From Obrimoposthia wandeli (lineage: Eukaryota), in assembly GCA_977020255.1 (NCBI GenBank), contig CDROCS010004052.1, forward strand, positions 1 to 64,000: a DNA stretch of 64,000 nt, read 5' to 3'. How positions within the stretch are numbered: the stretch's first letter is position 1; each line of letters begins with the position of its first letter. Shown piece after piece: positions 39,747 through 48,686 of this stretch. The position numbers and the translations under genes are program-made. The notes under the pieces are model-generated. The model saw only the letters and a list, made by a program, of their open reading frames with translations, was not told the origin of the DNA and did not search any database.

Positions 39747-39869
39747 TTTAATGCAGTCATTCATCATTTAGTAAAGCGCAGGCGCTTAAAACGGGTAATT
39801 ACTCTTGATAATTTAGGCAACGCCTAATTCATCTCTAATAAGTATAATAATTACAGAGAAAACTAAGCT

Positions 39870-40940
39870 ATGAAGCACGCTATAAGTATAAAAAACGTCA
39901 GCAAGTTTTACGGTAGCTACCGTGCAATTAAAGACATCTCTTTCGACATACAAGACAATGAATTTTTTACCTTACTAGGCCCTAGTGGCTGCGGTAAAAC
40001 CACTTTATTAAGAATGATTGCCGGTTTTGAAATGCCCAGCGGCGGTGTCATCAAACTACATGGTACAGATATTCAATCACTGCCGGCCCACCAGCGACGT
40101 GTGAATACGGTCTTTCAAAACTATGCGCTTTTCCCGCACATGAACCTTGCTCAAAACATCGCCTTTGGCTTACAAATGCTTAACTGGCCTAGTGATAAAG
40201 TGGCCAGTCGTGTCGATGAAATGCTAGAGCTAGTACACATGCAAGCCTTCGCATCGCGTATGCCTGCTGCGCTTTCAGGTGGACAACAACAGCGTATTGC
40301 ACTGGCCCGTGCGCTGGCCCCGCAACCTGAGGTTCTGTTACTTGATGAACCGCTCAGCGCGCTGGATTTAAAACTGCGCCAATCGATGCGTGATGAGTTA
40401 CAACAGCTGCAACGCGACACTGGGATCACGTTCATTTTCGTTACCCACGACCAAGAAGAAGCGCTGGCCATGTCCGATAGGATTTGTGTACTTGCTCAAG
40501 GCGAGGTACAGCAACTTAGCAGCCCCAGCGACATTTATGAAAACCCTACTAACAAATTTGTTGCTGACTTTATCGGCGAAACTAACTTTTTACCGGTCTC
40601 TCTTGAAAGTAACGGCTCTGACATGGTTGTGGTTAACAATCCATTAGGGGTAGCGCTAAGTTTACCTGCTGCTGATTACAGCACATCTCAAGAGGCAACT
40701 ATGTCATTGCGCCCAGAGAAAATTTCAATCAATACACAAGGGCTAGAAGTTAATCTCACAGGAGAAGTAGTACACCGTACTTATATGGGCGGTTACACCC
40801 ATTACAAAGTACGTACAGCTAACGCAACTGAGTTACGCGTATCAAAGCGTAATACGATCAGCAATGACATTGAATACAGTATCAACCAACAGGTAAACAT
40901 TGGCTTTAGTAAAGCCTCTGTCAGAGTGCTGTGCCAATGA
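39870..40940 (+). CDS. ABC transporter ATP-binding protein, PotA family
   Basis: GPSGCGKTT, LSGGQQQRIALAR, LLDEP and FVTHDQ motifs. Confidence 0.92.
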   Translation: MKHAISIKNVSKFYGSYRAIKDISFDIQDNEFFTLLGPSGCGKTTLLRMIAGFEMPSGGVIKLHGTDIQSLPAHQRRVNTVFQNYALFPHMNLAQNIAFGLQMLNWPSDKVASRVDEMLELVHMQAFASRMPAALSGGQQQRIALARALAPQPEVLLLDEPLSALDLKLRQSMRDELQQLQRDTGITFIFVTHDQEEALAMSDRICVLAQGEVQQLSSPSDIYENPTNKFVADFIGETNFLPVSLESNGSDMVVVNNPLGVALSLPAADYSTSQEATMSLRPEKISINTQGLEVNLTGEVVHRTYMGGYTHYKVRTANATELRVSKRNTISNDIEYSINQQVNIGFSKASVRVLCQ

Positions 40941-41815
40941 ATAAATTCAATTGGAATTTTTGGGGGTTACTCCCAGCATATGTTGTGATGTCATTATTAA
41001 TGATCATTCCGCTGCTGATTATTTTCTACGTGTCACTCATGACATCTGATCCGTACGGTGGATTTAAAGCAATATTTTCACTGCAATCTTACCATCAAAT
41101 TTTGTACACCTCTGACTGGGACGACAACTTAGTACTCAATTTACAATACTTAAAAATCATTGGCCGTACCTTAGTTTTGTCTGGTGTAACCGCCATCATC
41201 TGCCTGTTAATTAGCTTCCCTGTGGCCTACTATATTTCTCGTCAGAGTCACAACATGAAAACACTGTTGCTCTATTTAGTCACCCTGCCTTTTTGGGTCA
41301 GCATGGTCGTACGCGTTTATGCTTGGGTACTGATTTTAAGCAACGATGGAGTACTTGAAAACGGGTTGCGATTTTTTGGTTTAATTGGCGATATCGACAG
41401 CTTACTTTACAACAACACCGCCATGATGGTCGGCATGGTATACACCTATATCCCACTGATGATTTTACCCATCTACGCCAGCATAGAGAAACTTGATAGT
41501 CGTTTAATAGAAGCCGCTAGTGATTTATACAGTAATCGTTTACAGACATTATCCAAAGTAATTATTCCATTGTGTAAACCTGGAATTGTCGCCGGCTTTA
41601 TCTTAGTTTTAGTCCCCTGTTTAGGTACGGTTTTAGAGCCTATGCTACTGGGCGGCGGAAAAACGATGATGCTGGGTAATTTAATTCAAAACCAATTTGG
41701 CGTCGCTAGAAACTGGTCATTTGGGGCGAGCTTAACCGTTTTGTTATTGTGCATCGTACTGGCATTTTTAATGCTGCAAGCACGCAGATCCACTGCCGCT
41801 AAGGAGCCAGCATGA
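40937..41815 (+). CDS. ABC transporter permease, PotB-like
   Basis: TLPFWVSMVVR and IEAASDL (EAA) motifs; ATGA overlap with the ATPase gene. Confidence 0.9.
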   Translation: MNKFNWNFWGLLPAYVVMSLLMIIPLLIIFYVSLMTSDPYGGFKAIFSLQSYHQILYTSDWDDNLVLNLQYLKIIGRTLVLSGVTAIICLLISFPVAYYISRQSHNMKTLLLYLVTLPFWVSMVVRVYAWVLILSNDGVLENGLRFFGLIGDIDSLLYNNTAMMVGMVYTYIPLMILPIYASIEKLDSRLIEAASDLYSNRLQTLSKVIIPLCKPGIVAGFILVLVPCLGTVLEPMLLGGGKTMMLGNLIQNQFGVARNWSFGASLTVLLLCIVLAFLMLQARRSTAAKEPA

Positions 41816-42621
41816 GTATTAACGCACTGTTTAAAAAAAATCACGATGCAAAACACTATCCAGGTTTTGGGGCAGTGGGCATCGTATTCTTTACCTTTCT
41901 CTACTTGCCAATACTGGTGATAGTTGCCTATTCATTTAACAGCAACCGTATTGTTTCGGTGTGGCAAGATTTTTCATGGCAGTGGTACGCCAGTGCCCTG
42001 CAAAATGATGGTTTGCTCAACGCATTACACGTGTCACTCACTGTCGCGTTTTTTGCGACATTGATTGCCACAGCCATTGCTATTGCAGCGGCACTGGTTT
42101 TAGCAAGAGGTAAAAATGTAAAGCACGCCAAGCTCTCTGAAGGGGTAGTTAATCTCCCCTTGATGCTACCTGAAATTGTTTTCGCAGTGGCTATTTTGAT
42201 CCTGTTCTCACAGCTGGGTATACAAAGCGGAATGCTAAAGCTCATTTTAGCGCACAGCGCATTTTGTATTCCTTTCGCTTTTTTACCGATTCGCGCCAGG
42301 TTACAGGGCATGAATAACAATTTAGAACAGGCCGCTCAAGATCTATACGCCACGCCATTGGTTACGTTTAGGCGTATCACACTGCCTTTAATTGCACCGG
42401 GCATATTTGCTGGCGCCATGCTCAGTTTTGTCATATCTATGGACGATTTTATCACCAGTAATATCGTATCCGGCGGGGGTGCTACCACCTTGCCTGTATA
42501 TATATTTTCACTGGTTAAACAGGGAGTGTCTCCTGAACTTAACGCTATCTCTACTTTAATTATGGCGGCCTCCCTACTAATCGCAACGCCTTGTTGGCTA
42601 ATCGCCAAACGCAGTCGTTAA
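41812..42621 (+). CDS. ABC transporter permease, PotC-like
   Basis: FLYLPILV, EQAAQDL, ISMDDF and TLPVYIFS motifs. Confidence 0.9.
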   Translation: MSINALFKKNHDAKHYPGFGAVGIVFFTFLYLPILVIVAYSFNSNRIVSVWQDFSWQWYASALQNDGLLNALHVSLTVAFFATLIATAIAIAAALVLARGKNVKHAKLSEGVVNLPLMLPEIVFAVAILILFSQLGIQSGMLKLILAHSAFCIPFAFLPIRARLQGMNNNLEQAAQDLYATPLVTFRRITLPLIAPGIFAGAMLSFVISMDDFITSNIVSGGGATTLPVYIFSLVKQGVSPELNAISTLIMAASLLIATPCWLIAKRSR

Positions 42622-42678
42622 GCAAACCTTTAACGCATTTAACATTCACTAAATAGTAAAAATAAAAGGAAAAAATCT

Positions 42679-43707
42679 ATGAAGTCATGCAGTAAAATCC
42701 GTTTACTTGCCCTAAGTATCTCACTGGCAGCATCTGTTAACGCTCTGGGTAACACCCTTAACATCTATACATGGGCCGAAGCGCTAGACCCAACCTTGAT
42801 AGAGAAATTTCAGAGCGAAACTGGCATAAAAGTCACCTTAGATAGCTATACCTCAAACGAGGATTTATTAGCCAAGCTTAAGTCGGGCAGCAGTGATTAC
42901 GACGTGGTTTTCCCAAGCCAGCATTTTGTTAAAATAATGATTCAAGAAGGTCTACTCAAAAATATTGATGCTAAAAGCATGCAAGCATTTAAAGCAGTTG
43001 ACAGCCAATGGAAAAACCAATGGTGGGATGAGACATCACAATACTCAATTCCATTCGTTTACGGTACAGCGGGTTATGCGGTGAACCGTGATAAATACCA
43101 TGGCCCTGCCAACTCTTGGAAAGAGTTTTTTGAACCCACAGGTGCAGCAGCGGGTAACGTTGCTGTTTTTAGTACACCGGATGAGATTGTCCCTGCAGCG
43201 CAGCTGTATTTAGGTATCGATTTTTGTACCGAAAACAGTAGCGACATGAAAAAAGTATACCAATTACTTAAAAAGCAAAAAGAGCAAGTGGCTGTGTATA
43301 GCTCGGACAATATCAGTTCACGTATTGCCAGCGGAGAAGTAGTTATGCACAACTGGTGGGATGGCGATACCATGCGCGCACGTAAAAACAACAACGCACC
43401 TATTGAATACGCGCAGCCTAAAGAAGGCTTGGTTGGCTGGTTAGACTCTATGGTGGTGCCTAAAGGCTCACGCAATGTAGATAATGCTAAAACGTTTATT
43501 AACTGGATGAGCAAAAAAGATAACGCCACTACTGAATACAACTACTATGCGCACTCATCAGCTGTAGAAATTGACCAGAGTAAAGCGGTACACAAGCGGG
43601 AAAACTCACCTGAGATATTCCCAACTGCACCGATAAAATTCACCCGCGCTTGCTCTCCTATTGCACAAAAACTAGTCGATAAAGTTTGGACACAATTACT
43701 GCAATAA
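42679..43707 (+). CDS. ABC transporter substrate-binding protein, PotD/PotF-like
   Basis: Signal peptide; LNIYTW, FQSETGIKV, SNEDLLAKL, YDVVFPS, PKEG..W.D and A.TFINW motifs. Confidence 0.9.
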   Translation: MKSCSKIRLLALSISLAASVNALGNTLNIYTWAEALDPTLIEKFQSETGIKVTLDSYTSNEDLLAKLKSGSSDYDVVFPSQHFVKIMIQEGLLKNIDAKSMQAFKAVDSQWKNQWWDETSQYSIPFVYGTAGYAVNRDKYHGPANSWKEFFEPTGAAAGNVAVFSTPDEIVPAAQLYLGIDFCTENSSDMKKVYQLLKKQKEQVAVYSSDNISSRIASGEVVMHNWWDGDTMRARKNNNAPIEYAQPKEGLVGWLDSMVVPKGSRNVDNAKTFINWMSKKDNATTEYNYYAHSSAVEIDQSKAVHKRENSPEIFPTAPIKFTRACSPIAQKLVDKVWTQLLQ

Positions 43708-43826
43708 TCAGCAGTTATTAATTGCCTGAGGCAGCGTGCTAAGCGATGCCCCGGGCTAGCTTTGCCAGTTTTAAGTTTATTTACATATTCGAGCCTAAAC
43801 TAAGTGATTCATTACACACTGCTCAA

Positions 43827-44819
43827 TTATATCTTAGCCAACTGATCAACCACCCAACGCAACAAAGGCCGTTGATGCTGTCGATGATGCCAAATTGCCA
43901 CATAAGAGAACGATGATTGAGGCTGCAAAGGTATAGCCGTTATCTGATAGTGGTTTTCAATGTGTTGTGCCATTTTTGTTGGTAGAGCGATCACACTGTC
44001 GGTATTTTCTATTAGCGGGGCAATGGCCAAAAAATAAGGCAGGCTAAAGGTGCTATCTGCAGGTTGATTAACCGATTCAATAACATTATCTTGCTGCATC
44101 AATTTAGTGCTCGGATACATCATTTTAGCCATTGGCCATTGCGCTAACTGCTCTTGCGTCACACCTTGCTGATACTTTCTTGATGCAACTAAGGGGTGTT
44201 TGTCCCGCAAAATCACTGAATACGTTTCTTCAAATAACCTTCGATAGTGAAAATCCCCCGGAATATCAAAATCAGCGAATAAAGCCAAATCTAAGCTCCC
44301 TTGCTCCATCTCTTGAAACGCACTAGGCGTAAAGTTATTCACTTGAAGTTTTAGACCTGGAGCATGCTTTAATAAAATCGGGTATAGGTGGCTGAGCACA
44401 CTCACAACGCCATAATCAGTACTGGCGATACGCAGCGTAGTATCAACTTTGGATAAATCTAAGGCATCTGCTTCAAACACTCCTGCAATAGACTCCAAAG
44501 ACAGCACAAGCTTGGGGTACAACTGGATTGCAAAAGGCGTTAAATCGTAACCCTTACTGGTGCGAACTAATAAGGGATCTTTAGTGATGTTACGTAACTT
44601 TGCCACAATTCTACTAGTCGCAGGCTGACTCAACCCCACATATTCAGCGGTGAGCGATACACTTTTTGACTCGAGCAAGTACTTTAATATACGCAGTGAG
44701 CGCACACTTAAGTTTTCAATTTCATTATTTATATTTTGCATACTGACTATGTTATCAACGTTATTCCCATGCAGTAAACAAATACTAATAATAAGCTGAA
44801 TATTTATTAAGAAACGCAC
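43827..44819 (-). CDS. LysR family regulator (NodD/LeuO-like)
   Basis: SVSLTAEYVGLSQPATS...DPLLVRT, LRIASTDYG and WHHRQHQRP motifs. True start may be an internal Met. Confidence 0.88.
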   Translation of the reverse strand: MRFLINIQLIISICLLHGNNVDNIVSMQNINNEIENLSVRSLRILKYLLESKSVSLTAEYVGLSQPATSRIVAKLRNITKDPLLVRTSKGYDLTPFAIQLYPKLVLSLESIAGVFEADALDLSKVDTTLRIASTDYGVVSVLSHLYPILLKHAPGLKLQVNNFTPSAFQEMEQGSLDLALFADFDIPGDFHYRRLFEETYSVILRDKHPLVASRKYQQGVTQEQLAQWPMAKMMYPSTKLMQQDNVIESVNQPADSTFSLPYFLAIAPLIENTDSVIALPTKMAQHIENHYQITAIPLQPQSSFSYVAIWHHRQHQRPLLRWVVDQLAKI

Positions 44820-44916
44820 GTGTTAGCCCTTCGTGTTTTACCCATAACTAAACACGGATAAAAGCTATAAGACCAAGAAACCCAACTCTCTTTAATTTAT
44901 CTCAGAAGGATCTATC

Positions 44917-45342
44917 ATGAAAAAAATATTCTTAGCATTAACCTTACTCAGCTGCATAACCGCACAGCCTTTACTTGCTGCAGGCAACGCAGCGGATTAC
45001 GAACAATCGGCATGGGATAAAAAAGTTACTGACTACACTCAAATGACAGGCAAGGTATATGAGTACGCAGTCTCTGGCTATCGCATCAAATTGACCTTTA
45101 CTTCAGAAACCTCAATTGACTGGGAAAGACTGGAAGCACCCGATGGCACAAAAGGCTTAAAAGGTAGCCAAAAGATTGATCGCCAGAATATTCATCCGGG
45201 TATTTTTGTCATGGCTTGGAGTGAAAAAGATGGCAGCAGTGTGATTGATGTTGTTGATACTCAACGTATGCAGCTGTTCGCTAACTTTGTAATGCCAGAT
45301 GGTAAGCGCTTTCAAACTAAAGCCGTTTTAGAGGAAAAATAA
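44917..45342 (+). CDS. Secreted MoaF-N / phenolic-acid-decarboxylase-fold beta-barrel protein
   Basis: Signal peptide; GKVYEYAVSGYRIKLTF...IDW...GIFVMAWSEKDGSSV..VVD pattern recalled from the MoaF/PAD fold. Confidence 0.6.
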   Translation: MKKIFLALTLLSCITAQPLLAAGNAADYEQSAWDKKVTDYTQMTGKVYEYAVSGYRIKLTFTSETSIDWERLEAPDGTKGLKGSQKIDRQNIHPGIFVMAWSEKDGSSVIDVVDTQRMQLFANFVMPDGKRFQTKAVLEEK

Positions 45343-45399
45343 GAGTAAATTTCACCTAACCTCTTTTCTTATGCTGAGGTTTCAAGCTATAAATACAAT

Positions 45400-45425
45400 G
45401 AGCCTCACTCAAACGAGTAAGGCTC
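45400..45425. terminator. Hairpin between convergent genes
   Basis: GAGCCT-C-ACTC-AAAC-GAGT-A-AGGCTC. Confidence 0.5.
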
Positions 45426-45445
45426 TCTATAGAGTTCGCTGAACA

Positions 45446-46066
45446 TTAGTACATTGTATTCTTCATACGATCTGGATAATCTGCATCATAGCCTTTGGCA
45501 TCAAACTCTTCTTTTTGCATGGCAGAAAACACCTTAACCATCTCTCCGGCAGTGGGTAATTCACTTCTTTGAATATAACTTGAGGTATCCCACAACTTAG
45601 ATCTCGCGATGGCTTTTTGACACTGAAAATACACTTTCTCAACCTTTATAGAAAGCACACTACTTGCCGCCTTGCCATTAATGGCAAAGGATTCGCACAG
45701 TTGTTGATCTATTATTAATTCAGCGTTACCACTTAAGCGAATAGTCTCCCCAGCATTAGGGATTAAGAAAATAACCCCGACATTTGGGTTAGCAATGATA
45801 TTACGTAATGTATCTAGGCGGTTATTGCCTCGTCTATCGGGGATTTGAATGCATTTTTCATTTACTACTCGCACAAATCCTGCGGGATCTCCTCTTGGAG
45901 AACAATCAATGCCTTTACCACCGCTAGTAGCTAAAATCAAAAAAGGGGCTGCCTCAATAAACTGCTGATAGTGCGCATTAATGTGGTCAATTTCTTTCCA
46001 TAATGAACGTTCAGACACTTTCCCATAAATGCTTTCTAGCTGATCAATTGTCGTAATCGTTTCCAC
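45446..46066 (-). CDS. Pyridoxamine 5'-phosphate oxidase-like FMN-binding protein (MSMEG_1061 type)
   Basis: DCSPRGDPAGF, PDRRGNNR.DTL.N and CQKAIARSKLW motifs. Confidence 0.9.
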   Translation of the reverse strand: METITTIDQLESIYGKVSERSLWKEIDHINAHYQQFIEAAPFLILATSGGKGIDCSPRGDPAGFVRVVNEKCIQIPDRRGNNRLDTLRNIIANPNVGVIFLIPNAGETIRLSGNAELIIDQQLCESFAINGKAASSVLSIKVEKVYFQCQKAIARSKLWDTSSYIQRSELPTAGEMVKVFSAMQKEEFDAKGYDADYPDRMKNTMY

Positions 46067-46286
46067 TTGTTTACTCCCTTATATCCACATTCACTTGCTC
46101 AATTAATAACCGTAAATCATCATTTAGATTTTTCACCTATAAAGCAAGTAAAACGTAACAAATAGCCTTCAGAATCTAAAGCTAAAGATTATTTAAAAGA
46201 ATAATTGCCATGATTAAAGGCATAGGGGCAACAGACTATAGAAAAGAGGTACGGGTAAAATAAAAAATTAACGGCTCTATGAAGTC

Positions 46287-46310
46287 AGAGGGCTTATGAC
46301 TAAGCCCTCT
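46287..46310. terminator. Perfect 10-bp hairpin downstream of the MBL gene
   Basis: AGAGGGCTTA-TGAC-TAAGCCCTCT. Confidence 0.5.
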
Positions 46311-46332
46311 ACTTTATTTAAAATAAGCCAAA

Positions 46333-47256
46333 TTACTCTTTGGTGTGGTTCATACCAAAGTAAAATACTTTTTGCTTCATCTCTTTGATTTTTTCAGGGT
46401 TTAGCACCAACTGTGACGTACTCAGTTTAGTGACATCTTTTTGTGCATCTACCCATTCATCAGCTGAGCTTAAAGTAGTGAGTACACTGCTGGCACCTTT
46501 GGTGTAATAGTGCCCTGGGATAACAACTTTGGGCTTATACGTTGCTAAAGCATTATCTACATCTTCGTAACTTAAAATATGCTGAGAGCCATCAATATTC
46601 ATGATTAACACGTCCACTGTTTTTAATACTTCTTGAACATGCGGGGCAGGTATTGGTCTATTATCTCCCCAGTGCGCTATTTTTAAACCACCTGTTTCAA
46701 TCACTTGAATGTAGTTATCCATATGCATTGCGTTTTCTTTGGCACAAAAATCTTGGCCAAACTCTTCATCCGCCTCTGTCCATTTATACCAGCCTTTAGA
46801 TGCACACATATGTTTATCAGCAAGGCCTGTTACTTTTAAATCGCCTAATTTGTATTCCCCTGACAAACGCTCTAATACTTGGGTGGCGTGCGGTCTGTAA
46901 ACAGCATCGTGATCAAAATGAGCGTGGGTTGATAAGACCAAATCAACCGGCACTTCAGGGAATGGCTTTGGAAACCACACGCCCCAATAACCAGAGGGAT
47001 CATTTCGCCAAGGGTCTATCATCACCTTTAAGCCATTTGGAGATGTTATTCTGTAGGCCATATGACCAAAAAAATCGATGGTGACATCCCCAGCTTTACT
47101 AGGATCACCACCCTTTTTTTGCGCTTGTATTACAGCGTTATTATTTTCACTAAAAGTCCAAGACCTTGACTCGGCTAAAACATTAGCCGCTTGCGTGACA
47201 CTCAACAACATAGTCGTTGCTAAGGCGAGAGCTTTTACCATTTTATTTTTATTCAT
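46333..47256 (-). CDS. Secreted MBL-fold metallo-hydrolase (Lactamase_B_3-like)
   Basis: Signal peptide; FFGHM, IDPW, HxHxDH (THAHFDH), AHWGD and IPGHY. Start ATG 47256 (SD AGAGG). Confidence 0.85.
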   Translation of the reverse strand: MNKNKMVKALALATTMLLSVTQAANVLAESRSWTFSENNNAVIQAQKKGGDPSKAGDVTIDFFGHMAYRITSPNGLKVMIDPWRNDPSGYWGVWFPKPFPEVPVDLVLSTHAHFDHDAVYRPHATQVLERLSGEYKLGDLKVTGLADKHMCASKGWYKWTEADEEFGQDFCAKENAMHMDNYIQVIETGGLKIAHWGDNRPIPAPHVQEVLKTVDVLIMNIDGSQHILSYEDVDNALATYKPKVVIPGHYYTKGASSVLTTLSSADEWVDAQKDVTKLSTSQLVLNPEKIKEMKQKVFYFGMNHTKE

Positions 47257-47365
47257 ATATGCCTCTATTGATACGGTTTTTATCCAACGCGGATACAACC
47301 AGGAGCCTTTCGCTCCGGTGGAATCAATATCATTAAACATTTTGAACCTAATGAAAATGGGAGGT

Positions 47366-47392
47366 TATGCGGGGAATATGCGGGGATTTCCC
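47366..47392. repeat. Tandem direct repeat TATGCGGGGA x2 plus GGGA/TCCC dyad upstream of the MBL gene
   Basis: TATGCGGGGA-A-TATGCGGGGA-TTTCCC; GC-rich within an AT-rich intergenic region. Confidence 0.75.
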
Positions 47393-47449
47393 CTTATTTT
47401 GAGATGAGATAAAAAACTAAAACTAAGTAAGGTTATGGGTTGTTGTGAT

Positions 47450-48406
47450 TTATTTATCAACCGGTAAAGAAAGCAAAAACTGTTTCAAGCTAATTTTACT
47501 ACTCACTAGACCTAGTTTTTGTCGAATATTACGACGGTGAAAATCTATAGTGCTTTTTTCTAAATACATTTGTTTAGCAATCACCTTGCTAGATAACCCT
47601 TTGCCAATTGCTTGAGCAACTTGTTGCTCCATAGCCGTTAACTCAAACCATAGGCGATGCGAAATACCTTTAGTGTCACGCAAATGCTCACAAATACGCT
47701 TTAAGTATTGCTGCTGGTCTTGCTTAAGCTCAGTACGCTCTAGTTTAACCAACCAAGGCTTAACTAACTGCTGTATTTCACTCAGTATTTCAGTTTTCAG
47801 TGACGCTTTATCTTGCTCTCTATGGTTTAACAATACTCGCATAGCGGTGTTAATTTCAGCTAAGTCGTTGGCTCTATCATGCACTTCTAGCTGTTGCTGC
47901 ACTAACTTAGCCTCTAACTGTAAGCAAGTTTGAATTTGCTCAAATTGACGCCAGATAAACCCCAGGTCTGAGTTAACAATACTTTGAAACTCTTCAATTA
48001 AATCCCGGTATTTTTTAGCACGTAAATTGTCATGGGTATCTAGCACACACAGCGTGCCAAAAACTTCTCCATCTGGCCAACATAGCGGGTACCCCAAATA
48101 AAACGACAGTGCATGTGCCATATCTGGATTATCTTGCCAAAGCGTGTTTTGAGCGGCATCGCACACTAACAGAGGTTGCTGGGTATCAATCACCGTATCG
48201 CAATACAAACCACAACGCCTAGGAGTAAGCTCATGTGCCTTATATGGGTTAGCTTGATTTTTGTTACTGACTAACATTTCAATGGATTCTGGCAATATAC
48301 GGGTAATAAGGGCCGCTGGCGTATCAGTGACACTTCCCATAATATCAACCAAGCGCTGCCACCTAGTTAAAATCTCAGCGGGTATTTCAGGTTTTTTTAC
48401 TGGCAT
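47450..48406 (-). CDS. GAF domain - coiled coil - LuxR HTH transcription regulator
   Basis: GAF (GLYCDTV, FYLGYPL.WPDGEVFGTLCVLD) and LuxR HTH (LTAMEQQVA...TIDFHRRNIRQKLG). Confidence 0.88.
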   Translation of the reverse strand: MPVKKPEIPAEILTRWQRLVDIMGSVTDTPAALITRILPESIEMLVSNKNQANPYKAHELTPRRCGLYCDTVIDTQQPLLVCDAAQNTLWQDNPDMAHALSFYLGYPLCWPDGEVFGTLCVLDTHDNLRAKKYRDLIEEFQSIVNSDLGFIWRQFEQIQTCLQLEAKLVQQQLEVHDRANDLAEINTAMRVLLNHREQDKASLKTEILSEIQQLVKPWLVKLERTELKQDQQQYLKRICEHLRDTKGISHRLWFELTAMEQQVAQAIGKGLSSKVIAKQMYLEKSTIDFHRRNIRQKLGLVSSKISLKQFLLSLPVDK

Positions 48407-48686
48407 TAGCTTCGCCTCTATTTATTATTTTACGATGATACTAAAAGTATCATCTGGCCCAGCACTTAGAAAAAATAACTTATCACTACTCATTTGTAAC
48501 ATTTTTATGGGCGTGATTAAAACGATAAATCACGGCAGTGATAACCAACACCGCCAAGGTAATTGATAAATGGAATAAAAGAAAAAATAGATTCTTGGAG
48601 AACCGGTCACATATTAGGCTATAGCTTCTATAGAGCTTAGCGCTGTGCTAATAAACCCTAGATTTAGCCTTGTTAATAACAGATTT

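Noticed and set aside
18010-43707. Reading the cluster as arginine biosynthesis (argE) plus puu/spu putrescine utilisation
   Set aside because: There are no other arg genes and no gamma-glutamylation (puuA/puuD) genes. FMO + RidA + DUF1028 + aspartase fit the hin pathway better. Still the main alternative until tested.
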